A DNA stretch of 64,000 nucleotides from Psilocybe cubensis (Eukaryota): the NCBI GenBank assembly GCA_017499595.2, contig CM039000.1, positions 806,001-870,000 of the forward strand, given 5' to 3'. Position 1 is the first letter of the stretch, and every line of letters starts with the position of its first letter. Positions 28,245 through 39,260 of the stretch are shown here, piece by piece. Under the pieces are notes generated by a model. That model did no database searches. It was not told where the DNA came from and worked only from the letters and a program-made list of their open reading frames with translations. The position numbers were made by a program, and so were the translations under genes.

Positions 28245-29140
28245 ATGAACTTTACCGCTAGCTTTCTTGCCCTCCTGGCTGCTGCTCAGTCAATTGCAGC
28301 ATTCCCCTTCGGTGGTTCCCACTCTGATGTACAACCTTGACGTTGATATTTTGGCCTTTGGTCGCCACTGACGTTGTTAATCAAGGACCTTGTGGCCCCT
28401 GTGCCAGTCACCCAGCTCGTCTGCGACGGAGATACCTACAAATGCACTGCGTCTCTCGTACGATATATTTCACAAGTTCTTTGGCATGTTTTTGACAAGT
28501 CTCTAGGATTTTGGTGATGGCCGATGGGTCGCCGATTGGAACACAGCTGTCTTCCACACTGGCCTTTTCGGCGGCATCGATCACAAGGAAACTATTGTAA
28601 GTAAAAGAATCATTTAATCAAGCAATTTAACTCACTTTTATCAACAGGCCCGCATGGCCATGGCTCCAGTTCCTGTCACCGCCTTAAATTGCGACGGTGA
28701 CACATACAAGTGCACTGCTAACTTGGTGCGTATGACCGTTGTATACATGGTTTAACATTTGAACTGAGCCGATTGTACGCAGAAATTTGGTGACGGTCGC
28801 TGGGTTGCTCAATGGAGCGCGAATGTTTTCCACACCTTCGCTCCTTCCGTTGAGGTAAAGATATGTCACTCGATCACAAGTTAACGCTGATTCTAGCAAT
28901 TTTTTTACTATATAAGGAACCTAACTTTGCGCCTGTCCCCGTCACCAAGTTGACCTGCGATGGTGACACTTACAAGTGCACTGCCAACTTGGTAAATCAA
29001 ATAATTTCTTAAAGCACCATTCAAGGCTAATATTTTATTAGCAATTCGGCGACAACCGATGGGTCGCTCAGTGGGGAAGCAATGTATACCACAGAGGCTT
29101 CACCGCTACATCCGAGAAGCCCAGCTTCTTGCAACAATAA
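28245..29140 (+). CDS. Secreted precursor with three tandem PhoSL-like (core alpha1,6-fucose-binding mini-lectin) repeats, 189 aa, 7 exons
   Basis: Exons 28245-28328, 28386-28457, 28507-28596, 28648-28725, 28783-28854, 28917-28991, 29042-29140; six phase-0 GT-AG introns. Signal peptide MNFTASFLALLAAAQSIAA. Repeats follow APVPVTxLxCDGDTYKCTAxLxFGDxRWVAxWxxxVxH. Confidence 0.93.
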
Positions 29141-30341
29141 ACGGGGGAGCACATACATCCTACTGCAATGAGGATATCTACTCCAAAGGATATTTTAGCA
29201 GTTGGTAGCATGATTGACCTATTAACAAACAGTGCTTATGTGGTAATATCTAACAAATATATAAAAATGAAATTACAGTTGTTGAAAGCCAGTATCGACG
29301 AAAAATTTGTACTTGAAATAAATGAATGTGTGGTACCTCTACGTTAACCTTGAGGGAGATTCATTTATAGTGAATCAAGGCGAATTTTTTTGAAGTTTTT
29401 CCTGCACTTTTATTTTTTCCAGCTATCTGCCTGGATGTAGATGAGCGGTGATCCACTTGGCTTTTACTACTAGAAAGAAATTTTTGACAAGATGTTTTGG
29501 ACAAGACTGATTTTTTCCCTGATTGTCTGACTGTTCGGGACTCTGTTCTCCGTTTGCGCAGAGACGGTGCATTCGTTGCGGTACCACTCTTTCGAGTGAA
29601 CACGGCGCCTATTGGCCCTCATCCAGTTGGTATGTAACCGAAAGGTTCATGTTTTCTCTAAAATGATTATATTTAACTTAACTTATGATTAGGGTCGTAC
29701 GAGATCTGGGTCCCTCAGGAAACATTCTCAGCCGTCTTTTCATATTTATGCATGAATCGAGGTAATCTTAGGTACGAGTTCATCTTTAAATCCGAAGAAT
29801 ATATCCATATCAAATTATCGTTCCAGTATTCTTGTCCATCCATTGACCAGAGAGCAGGTACTTTCTATTCTACACTCTTAGAATCTAGATACTAACTTGA
29901 CCTATTCTTCTACCGAAAGTCAGCTGAGTTCATATAATATTATTAGTATTACATTGGCTAATGAAAAATTAGGGACCACGACACCCGTGTAGCATGGATT
30001 GGACCCTCTTACCCCCTTGATTTGACTGCTTTGCCTTTGAGAAGCGAAGAGATACCGCTCCAATACCCCTCACTAAGTGCGTCATTTGTCAGCATATAGG
30101 ACAGAGATAACTCAATTCCTTTTGGCAGGACTTGGCTATTCTGCGAAGCCCCAGCTGACACTCGAAATGCGCATGAAACTTGGCGCTAACGTCGAGCATC
30201 TTTTGGCGTCCGAGAAGGAAGCCGCACGCGCTCCTCCAAGAGTATGAAGGAGATTTTGATGGGATTGAACAATGGTTGCATGTTGGTACCCGACAGACCC
30301 TACTTTCGATCGATTACAAAAATGTAAAATGTAAGGATACC

Positions 30342-30522
30342 TGTTGGAATGATAGTCGGCGAGCGACTTGGTCGCTAAGTCGTTATCTTCCTCTTGTAGT
30401 TTATCTTATCATATTTTTTCTAGATTATTCTACTATAGGTTCCGTAGTTACTGTAGGTACAACCGTGTAGCTACGTCGTGAATCTACATCTTTTACCACC
30501 ACTGCGCATTATACTTACAACA
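30342..30522 (+). repeat. 5' LTR
   Basis: TG...CA termini; identical by eye to 34795-34975. Confidence 0.97.
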
Positions 30523-30617
30523 GGTTATGGGCCCCGAGAGGTCATAACTAAAGCTCGCTTTGTTCTAAACTCGTTCTATTCTTATCGATCTATATCTAAA
30601 CTTGTACTCGACGTCAA

Positions 30618-33600
30618 ATGGCTGACTCGACAACCGCGGAAGTCAACATCGGCGGATATCGCATCGACACACTGAAGGCCCACAATTGGATGCCGTGGAA
30701 GCGGCGCATGCTAGCAGTACTGGTGGACCTCGGACTGGAGAAATACGTGGACGGCACGTCGCTTCGACCAGGATCAGCGAAACCGAACGCACCCACGGCG
30801 GAAGAAATCGCAGCTCAGACAGCGTGGGATAAGGGAGATGCGAAAGCGCGATGCAGGATCGAACTCGCGTTAAGCGATGCGGAGATGGTACACGTCCTGG
30901 GAGCGCGCACGGCGCGCGAGATGTGGACGCAGTTGTGCACAGTGAAGGAATCCAAGGGACGACTCGGTGTTTTGGCGACACGACGAGCACTTTTCCGGGC
31001 AACCGCAGAGGAGGGATGCGACATGGCAGAGCATATCGCAAAGCTACGTCAATTCCAGGAGGAGCTGCACATCATGGGCAGCATTGTATCGGACGAAGAT
31101 TTCGTCATGATTTTGCTCACCTCGTTGCCGGAATCTTGGGAGAATTATGCGTCATCCTTTTTGGGCTCGAGCGGGAATCGTCCTACGCTCACTTCGCAAG
31201 AGCTCGTTGGTGTTCTCCTTGAAGAAGCTCGTCGTCGGAAGGAGCGTGGAGGTGATGGTGCCGGAGGGACTACGCTTCAAGTTCGTGGAGGTCAAGGGTC
31301 GTCGGATGGAAAGGGTAATGGTTCGAGGGATGGCAGCGGCGGGAAGGAGTGCTATAATTGCCACAAGATGGGGCACATTTCGAAGGATTGCTGGGCGAAG
31401 GGCGGAGGTCGTGAAGGAAAGGGTCCGAGGGGGCGGAAGACGAAGAATAGAGGGCGGACGAATCAGGCTCGGGAGGACGTCAACACTACGCTCAACGATG
31501 AGGTTGCGTACCACACGTACTCGACGTCAAACTTCTCTCGTTACGACTGGCTTTACGATTCTGCAACCACCAGTCACGTTTGTCCCGTCCGTGAAGCCTT
31601 CATCGAGTATACGCCACTCGTTAATTCCTCCGTTCGTGGTGTCGGAAAGAGTCCAGCTATCATTGCAGGCCGCGGAACAGTCATCCTCAACTTCGATGTC
31701 GACGGGCAGACGATTACTCATCGTTTGAAAGACGTTTTACACATCCCTGAAGCCGAAAATGCTTTGATGTCGCTCGGAAGGTTTGAGAGGGATGGGAGGA
31801 GCTCGTCGTTTAAGAATGGGAAGGTTCTTTTGATGGATGCGAAGGATAAGGTTATTGGAAAAGGGTCGAAACGCGGTCAGATGTATATTCTTCACGCTCG
31901 CGCTCAGCTTAATTCAGGGGAACAGGTCAACTACGTCTCGCCAAAACTCACCTGGGATCAATGGCATCGTCGTTTTGGCCATATCTCAGTGTCGTCGTTG
32001 CAGAAACTCGTCCGGAACGATCTTGTCGTCGGTCTTTCCGTGGACGAAACGTCTATTCCATCCCCATCGTGCGAGGCGTGCATCCAAGCGAAGCAGACGC
32101 ATAAACCTTTCCCTGGAGAAGCAGAAAATCGATCCACGGTTCCTGGAGAGCGAACCATGAGCGACGTATGGGGTCCTATCGGAACACGCTCGGTAAATGG
32201 ATTTTATTACTACATTACGTTTATGGACGACGCGAAGCGATACAACGGCGTGGTTTTCTTGAAGGACAAGAAGGAGGCGGCGAAGGCGATTGAGAATCAT
32301 GGGGAGCGAGTGAAGAGGAGGTTTGGGCAGTATCCGAGGTACATTCGCATGGACAATGGCAAGGAACTCGTGAACGAGCGGATTAAGAAGTGGGCGGCGG
32401 AGAGAGGCATTGAAATCGAGACGACGGCGCCATATTCCCCATCTCAGAACGGCGTCGCAGAGCGCTACAATCGTACGCTGTTGGAGCTAGCACGTGCGAT
32501 GATTATTGCGAAGAATTTACCTCTCTTTCTCTGGGACGAGGCGGTCAATTACGCGAATTATTTACGCAACCGCGCGCCTACTCGAGCACTCGACGACAAG
32601 ACACCATATGAAGGCTGGCACAACAAGAAACCGGATGTTTCTCACCTTCGGGAGTTCGGATGCGATGTATGGGTGTTAGACGAGACGAAGGGGCTTTCGA
32701 AGCTCAAGCCACGGTCGAAGAAGATGGTATTCGTTGGTTTTAACGAAGGCTCGAAGTCTGTGCGTTATTACGATCCCAAATCGCGCACAGTGAAGTCATC
32801 GCGAAACGTATCGTTTAACGAAAACGAAACGCCGCAGAACGTCGAAATTCCTGGATTATCGTCTGAGGGGGAGCGTAACGAATCGACAGACGTTAAATCC
32901 AGCGAAAACGAGCCAGAAACCGTCAAGAACGAACCTATTTCGTCTACAGCATCGATTCCACAGCCCAGCATACGTCGATCAGCTCGTGAACACAATTTTG
33001 TTGATTACAAGAAGGCAAACAACCCGAATGCTCGTTTACCGACTACACGATCCCAAACGACTCTAAACGCACCACAAATCGCTACAAAATCGACCGAGAC
33101 CTCGAGCGCAAAGTCTACAGCAACGGAGCAAGCAAACATTGTCAAAGAACAGCTGTGGGGCGCGATTTTAGACGATTCGGAACGTGTCTTTGCCATGCGC
33201 GAATTGGACGTACCTCGGACACTTGAAGAAGCTTTGGAAAGCTGTGAGGCAGCTGCGTGGAAGGCAGCTATGGACGAAGAAATTGAGACGCTTTTACGGA
33301 TGGGTACTTGGGAGATGATGAAGATTCCGGATGGAAGGAAACTGGTTGGATGCCGTTGGGTCTACGCGAAGAAACGGGACGAAAACGGGAACGTCATCAA
33401 GTACAAGGCCCGACTAGTCGTTCAGGGATGCTCTCAGAGACCTGGTACAGACTACAGCGAGGACGGAACATTCGCACCAGTCATGCGATTCGACACGCTA
33501 CGCTCGCTACTCGCATATTCGGCCGTACACAATCTCAAGATGCGTCAATTCGATATAAAGGGTGCATATTTGCATGGTTACATCTCGGAGGAGATATATA

Positions 33601-34787
33601 TGGTCCAACCACCCGGTTATGACGATGGCACTGGTCAGGCATGCCGTCTCATTCGTTCGCTTTACGGTCTCAAGCAGGCAGGAAACGTATGGAACCATGA
33701 ACTCGATAACGCTCTCACTTCATTCGGTTTTACGAAACTCAAGAGCGATTACTGCTGCTACATCCGTCGAGCTGAAAACGGCGATTTTACGATTTTGGTT
33801 ACCTGGGTGGACGACATAATCAGTTTCTCAACAAACGACTCGCTCAACGACCAGCTGGAGCGAGAATTAGGCTCGAAATTCGACGTTAAATCGATGGGTC
33901 AGCCCTCGATGATGCTAGGATTCAAGCTCGAGCAAAAGGACCATTACATTTCGCTCTCGCAAGCACACTACATCGACAAACTCCTCGAGAAGTTTGGTTT
34001 ACAAGACGCGAACCCCGTTTCGACGCCTATGGACCCGAACGTGCGATTGGATAAGGATGAAGGTGTTCGGGAGGATGGAGACGGTCAGGGGGAGGTTAAT
34101 TCGCGTTTAGGATTCAGTTATGCAACGGTCATCGGCTCGCTCATGTATCTGGCACTCGGAACTCGTCCAGACATCGCGTTTGCGGTATACAAACTCGCGC
34201 AATTCACCAGCAAGCCGAAATCGACTCATTGGACCGCTGTCAAACGTATATTTCGTTATCTGAAGGGCACGCGCAATCACAAACTTACTTACGGCGGCGA
34301 TTCGCAAGTTTTGGACGTAAATCTCAATGTTTATTGCGACGCCGATTGGGCTGAAAACTACGATCGGAAATCAACTAGCGGATACGTGGTTACGATAGCA
34401 GGCGGCGCTGTGGCATGGAGCTCGAAGAAACAGAATACGGTCGCACTTTCAACCGCTGAAGCCGAATACGTTTCCACAACGCATGCGGCGAAGCAAGTCT
34501 TATGGCACCGCTCACTCTTCACGGAGCTCGGTTTCCACATTCCATCAACGTCAACCATCTTTACCGACAATACGGCAGCCATTTCGATTGCGCATCATCC
34601 AGAATTCCATGCCCGTACGAAGCACATTGACATTGCATTTCATTTCCTACGCGACTTGGTGGAGAAGAAGACGCTCGACACGGTTTACATCAACACTTCA
34701 AACAATTTGGCAGACGTTTTCACAAAGGCTTTACCTCGCGTTGCACACGATGGTTTCACGTTGCAGTTGGGAGTTTTGGCCGACTAA
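30618..34787 (+). CDS. Copia Gag-Pol polyprotein (1389 aa)
   Basis: Gag, zinc knuckle CYNCHKMGHISKDC, protease WLYDSATTSH, WHRRFGH, integrase (SPSQNGVAER), RT (LYGLKQAG, WVDD), RNase H (DADWA, TKHIDI). Order is INT-RT-RH. Confidence 0.98.
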   Translation: MADSTTAEVNIGGYRIDTLKAHNWMPWKRRMLAVLVDLGLEKYVDGTSLRPGSAKPNAPTAEEIAAQTAWDKGDAKARCRIELALSDAEMVHVLGARTAREMWTQLCTVKESKGRLGVLATRRALFRATAEEGCDMAEHIAKLRQFQEELHIMGSIVSDEDFVMILLTSLPESWENYASSFLGSSGNRPTLTSQELVGVLLEEARRRKERGGDGAGGTTLQVRGGQGSSDGKGNGSRDGSGGKECYNCHKMGHISKDCWAKGGGREGKGPRGRKTKNRGRTNQAREDVNTTLNDEVAYHTYSTSNFSRYDWLYDSATTSHVCPVREAFIEYTPLVNSSVRGVGKSPAIIAGRGTVILNFDVDGQTITHRLKDVLHIPEAENALMSLGRFERDGRSSSFKNGKVLLMDAKDKVIGKGSKRGQMYILHARAQLNSGEQVNYVSPKLTWDQWHRRFGHISVSSLQKLVRNDLVVGLSVDETSIPSPSCEACIQAKQTHKPFPGEAENRSTVPGERTMSDVWGPIGTRSVNGFYYYITFMDDAKRYNGVVFLKDKKEAAKAIENHGERVKRRFGQYPRYIRMDNGKELVNERIKKWAAERGIEIETTAPYSPSQNGVAERYNRTLLELARAMIIAKNLPLFLWDEAVNYANYLRNRAPTRALDDKTPYEGWHNKKPDVSHLREFGCDVWVLDETKGLSKLKPRSKKMVFVGFNEGSKSVRYYDPKSRTVKSSRNVSFNENETPQNVEIPGLSSEGERNESTDVKSSENEPETVKNEPISSTASIPQPSIRRSAREHNFVDYKKANNPNARLPTTRSQTTLNAPQIATKSTETSSAKSTATEQANIVKEQLWGAILDDSERVFAMRELDVPRTLEEALESCEAAAWKAAMDEEIETLLRMGTWEMMKIPDGRKLVGCRWVYAKKRDENGNVIKYKARLVVQGCSQRPGTDYSEDGTFAPVMRFDTLRSLLAYSAVHNLKMRQFDIKGAYLHGYISEEIYMVQPPGYDDGTGQACRLIRSLYGLKQAGNVWNHELDNALTSFGFTKLKSDYCCYIRRAENGDFTILVTWVDDIISFSTNDSLNDQLERELGSKFDVKSMGQPSMMLGFKLEQKDHYISLSQAHYIDKLLEKFGLQDANPVSTPMDPNVRLDKDEGVREDGDGQGEVNSRLGFSYATVIGSLMYLALGTRPDIAFAVYKLAQFTSKPKSTHWTAVKRIFRYLKGTRNHKLTYGGDSQVLDVNLNVYCDADWAENYDRKSTSGYVVTIAGGAVAWSSKKQNTVALSTAEAEYVSTTHAAKQVLWHRSLFTELGFHIPSTSTIFTDNTAAISIAHHPEFHARTKHIDIAFHFLRDLVEKKTLDTVYINTSNNLADVFTKALPRVAHDGFTLQLGVLAD

Positions 34788-34794
34788 GGGGGAG

Positions 34795-34975
34795 TGTTGG
34801 AATGATAGTCGGCGAGCGACTTGGTCGCTAAGTCGTTATCTTCCTCTTGTAGTTTATCTTATCATATTTTTTCTAGATTATTCTACTATAGGTTCCGTAG
34901 TTACTGTAGGTACAACCGTGTAGCTACGTCGTGAATCTACATCTTTTACCACCACTGCGCATTATACTTACAACA
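34795..34975 (+). repeat. 3' LTR
   Basis: Follows the PPT and is followed by TSD ATACC. Confidence 0.97.
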
Positions 34976-35187
34976 ATACCTATTGAACGAAATGCAAAGG
35001 AGTGACACTGTAAAAGCTAGTTATTATGAAAATGTCCAATTACGAAGCAGGATTTCATGATTAGAAGTGATAGGAAGATCATGAAGTAAAGTAAAAACTA
35101 ATAAACCGGTAACAAGGATTAGATTGTCCACAGTTCAGTCCAAAGTTCAACGGAAATGTCCAAGATAGCTGCAAACTAACAGTCAAA

Positions 35188-36539
35188 TTAACAGTGCCAG
35201 GAAGACTGCGAGTAAGCTTCAAGGTCAGAATTCAAACAATTAAATCAAGTCAAAGAAACACGAACATCGCGAGGAGAAGGTGCAACAACGCTCTGGTAAG
35301 CAGGCTTTCCAAGGCACTCTGCAACAGTTACAAGCCTATACCCAGCTGCCTTCAACTGCTGGATGGCATATGGCAACACCTGGTGTGCCGTGGTTTCTAA
35401 AACAAGTTTGGGCGCTTACTCAGCACCGCATCTCACAGGAAGAAAGATGAAAATACCAATTGTCTCGTGATTGAGGGCCAAGATGGTGCTTGGGTGGGCG
35501 CTAATTCGGCTGCTGTAGGTGTTCTTAGAAGATTGGACAGAGGCACCGGTGGAGTCTCCGGAGCTGGATGTATTTGTGTTTCGTCAATGTGGCAGCGATG
35601 TCAAGGGAAAGCAAAGGAAACGCACTCCAAGTCCCAGATGACAACGCCTTGACCACGGATGCCGGAAGCATCGAGGACCATACTATTGTAGTTTCCATAT
35701 GCTATTTCCAGATCAGCGGTCACCGGTGTCGAATCGAGAACAGGATACTCACGAGGACGCATGAACGCTGGGTAAGCGCCAGTTATCCTGACCAGGGCCT
35801 CTAAGAAAATTCAAGAACATTTCAAAGTGAAAACTCCAATCGGTACTCACGCTCAACACGCCACATTTCGTCGTGGACTAAGGAAAGCTTAGTCGAGCTA
35901 AATCATAAAAGACAGAAACTAAACTGAAGGCTCGCTTTGATCCCATGTAAGCGTGTTCAGGTCCTTGTGCGCCCATGTGTGCGAGGCAAGCTGGTGTCCA
36001 TGGTTGTATGCGTATTTGACACGGTCCACATTAGCCTGATCGTATATACAGCCCCCTGCACGAGCACATGGAAATCATAAATAACCCTGACCAACCGTAT
36101 CCCGTTGCAATTGCTTACAGTTGTTGCCATCTAAAGTAGATCAACCAAAGCGCGAAGTTAATGCCGAGATGGCAAAATGAAAGCATAACAACTTACTGAC
36201 GAAGAAAGTGCCTTTGGCACCCGCAGCGTCGAGGGCGTTCACAATGTCGTAGCTATGATGTTATCGTCAGAACACGGTCAAGTTCCGGGTACGAAGAAGA
36301 ATGTCAGTTTACGTGTATGAATACGGCCCGTCATCCTGATGTGAAACGAGTCTTCGTCGTCAGCGACAACCGAATGGAATTACATAGAAAATACGTACAA
36401 AAGTTATTGCAACAGTATTGGGTGTGGTGCATTTAGTGTACACAGTCGCTGCACGTCGCTCAAGAGTAGAGTTAGTAGGTAAAGCCTGGGTGCCCAAGAA
36501 TGCCAGACAGAGCGTGGTGAGGGCAGCAAGTGAGATCAT
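35188..36539 (-). CDS. Secreted CE4 polysaccharide (chitin) deacetylase, many short exons
   Basis: Signal peptide MISLAALTTLCLAFLGTQA, pro-segment ending LERR, TF/DDGPY, KGTFFV, HQLASHTWAH, FMRP/PYG, LNHE and YRLVTVAECLG; ends SSWHC-stop. Absent from the ORF track. Confidence 0.9.
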
Positions 36540-38739
36540 GATTTGTCGCGCGCGTTCGGTGTAATGTTAGATTGGTGTGTTCGTGGAGGGGGAGAGGGGG
36601 GGGGATGGAGAGTTACTTGAGAGTCAAAAACTTGGAAAAATCCTCACTCCACCTTCATGTCTTTATACGTTTTGTAAAAAGACAGAATCTGGAGGCTCGC
36701 TTATTCGGCTCACCGCTCATTGTGGTCTAGCTACATACCCCAGTGGTAGCGATCAGGGCTTGATAGAAGAGTCAGCCAGGATCGGCAGCAAAACATTACG
36801 GCTCTACACACCATCCACGCAGATCCATGCCATAACATCCGTGTCTCGAGTAAGTTTCCAACAAGAACGGGGGAGCGCATCCAATCCGAGCGTGCCCTTC
36901 TAGACTCTGTCCTCAACAAGCACCCAGACAGCAATCAGCCAAGAGCATACCAAGAGGTTCATTCGTAAAAACAAATTGCGTGTTATTTTTAGCGCCGACA
37001 TAGGTCACCTAAAGGCGCGTTAACGGCGCGCGCGCGATACTTGACCCCAGAGAGCGTTCGAGCCGTCCCGGATCTCAGACTCAGAGGATCCGAGAGAGGG
37101 CTATACTTCAAGTTCCAGATATTCCAGCGTTCACTGAGCCCAGACGACAATTGAAAGTCAGCGGAAATCTAGCCTTCGACTCTTGATGTACGTGTTGTGA
37201 CTCTCCCGCTCGGACTCTCCGCAGAGTCGCTGACTCGAGTCAGAGTCGGAGTCTGTGCCTCGTTCTATAGGCTTGGAGCCTTGGACACCCTGAAGACCCA
37301 AGACTCATGATCAAGCACCGGGACCGGCCAACAGAGCCCTTCTCTCCCATCCCAATATCTTTGTCAATAAGAGATAACAGTGCTATTGTATTGGCACTTA
37401 CCAATACCCGCATTCTGATTCTGCATCCCTCTCGTACTTTTACGATTTACATATCGTTTCCCCGATTCCCGATAGTGTCGGTCGCTGGGCAGGCCACAAA
37501 ACATATCGTAGCACATTGGTGCAGTGTCATCGCTCTCGAAACTGAGTCAACGGACCATGGCCATGGATCATTGATATCGGGATGTATAGTCAGATATGTA
37601 TATGGGTGATTAATTTAAATTCAATAGACACATATGCGATAGTAGACTCGTACCATGCTGATACAGGCGCCCGTGCGGAGTCAGAGTGAGAAATACAACG
37701 CGATGTCGTCTTGTAATTTGTATATGAAGCACCATTGCGTTGCTCTCGCCTTGCGCATACGTGTGTGCGTCGATTTCGAAATGAATTTATTTCTGAGAAG
37801 TTTGGGTATGAAAGGCCATCGCTAGCCACAATTTCTAGTACCATCCATCGCATCTTGACCGCAGCCACCGCATTGTGTTCATTGACTTTTATTTTAGTTG
37901 CAGCGCTGTCGAGAACCTCACGTAGATAGACTGTAACGATGACGCTATCTTAAACAAAGAGTAAAATCAGGAACCAAAAAAAATAAGCATGAACGTACCA
38001 GCTGAGCTTGATCACCCAGAACGAACACTTTGAGCACTCAATACTCGCAATTGAATGAATAAATCCAGACGCTGACTCGGATAACAGCAGATGATTGTCA
38101 TATCTCTATCATATCGCATGATACAAAAATTCCGTCAACTCATTCGGTTAAAGCAAGATCATAATGTACCGCACTCACCAACCTGCCAGACCGCTTTTTC
38201 GGGGCTCCTGGGGCCATCTACCAGCGGGAGCGCGACACGCATATACACATAAAGCCTGGATGTAACGATACCCAAGGCAAGTAAGCATAATGATGATGAT
38301 GACAGTGCAAGGCAAATGTGCCAGTGCCAGTGCTTGGCAGCCGCCGTTGGGCAAGCGGCAAAGCGCGCTTTAAGGTTGTCTGTCGATTCTCGTGTCCCAT
38401 TCAAGACTACAAGACCGAGTAAGCCGATGCAAACCATAACGTCACATTGCAAAAGTCTGCAAAACAAGTGCAAGTGAAGCAGAAGAAAGAAAAAAGAAAA
38501 GATGCTCTAAGGCCTAATCATGAGTCTGATCCAAAATCAAACAGCGCCTCATACGTATTCTGAACAAGCCCTGATCAAGTTTTTGCATATTGAATCTGAA
38601 TCTGACCCTGAATCCAATGGCGGCGCCCAAACCGGGTTACAACTCAGTACTCAGTACGAAAGGGAAGAACCCTCATCACGCACACGCTTCAAAACCACCC
38701 ATCCCATCTTATGAAGAAGCAGCCGCCAAAGCCGAGCAA

Positions 38740-39260
38740 GTGGCACATTGGCTGATGCACGCCCCACGTCCCAACTGAAATTCGAAATTCACAACAGTCT
38801 CAAGCTCACTGGTGCGAGACTGTCAGAAATGACACAAGCCAAAGCATATAGACACACAAGAGCAGAAAAAAACAAACTTTTACAATGCACGACGGTGAAG
38901 AACGAAAGTACGAATACTAAAGGAATGGCCACCACCTTCCTGGGATCCCTGACAAGGCTATATTCAAATCACAATGGCGGAGAGACACCACACCAACAAT
39001 TCGACTGTATGGTATCATAATGGCTGCGTGACGGAAGTTAAAAAAAAAAAAAAGTTCATCGACACGCTGAACCAGCGCCTTAAAGTGAACATAACAATGT
39101 GCAAGCCAAGGTATCGCAAAAAGGCCACACTGGCAGGCGCATGGACGGTACAACAAACATGGAGAGGCACAAGCCAGGTCTGCTCACCACACACCCATCA
39201 CCGAAGCCACCTGTGAAAGGATTGGATTAAAGTCCCACACCTAGTGCGTAAAAGCGCTTC
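38740..39260 (+). mobile_element. Degenerate non-LTR retrotransposon (LINE) 3' fragment
   Basis: Frameshifted segments LTGARLSEMTQAKAYR and LNQRLKVNITMCKPRYRKKA...VQQTWRG resemble, from memory, the C-terminal region of agaric LINE ORF2. Confidence 0.5.

Larger units (their letters stand above)
30342..34975 (+). mobile_element. Full-length Ty1/copia LTR retrotransposon
   Basis: 181-bp LTRs (TGTT...AACA), TSD ATACC at 30337-30341 and 34976-34980, PBS GGTTATGGGCCC at 30523, PPT AAGGGGGAG at 34786-34794, single gag-pol ORF. Confidence 0.98.

Noticed and set aside
28245-29140. Precursor as a dikaritin/KEP, MSDIN or borosin RiPP
   Set aside because: No dibasic sites, MSDIN leader or methyltransferase domain, and no DUF3328 or POP gene in the window. 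The units match a folded lectin.
29361-30336. Minus-strand gene fragments between the lectin gene and the copia element
   Set aside because: An intron-like segment exists, but stops and frameshifts prevent a coherent model and no family is recognisable.
30643-34923. Alternative-frame and antisense ORFs inside the copia element
   Set aside because: Shadows of the long gag-pol ORF with no independent motifs.
37010-37260. Clustered palindromes (CTGACTCGAGTCAG, GACTCT/AGAGTC, GCGC runs)
   Set aside because: Short, with no TSD or paired terminus found; may be promoter sequence or a transposon scar.
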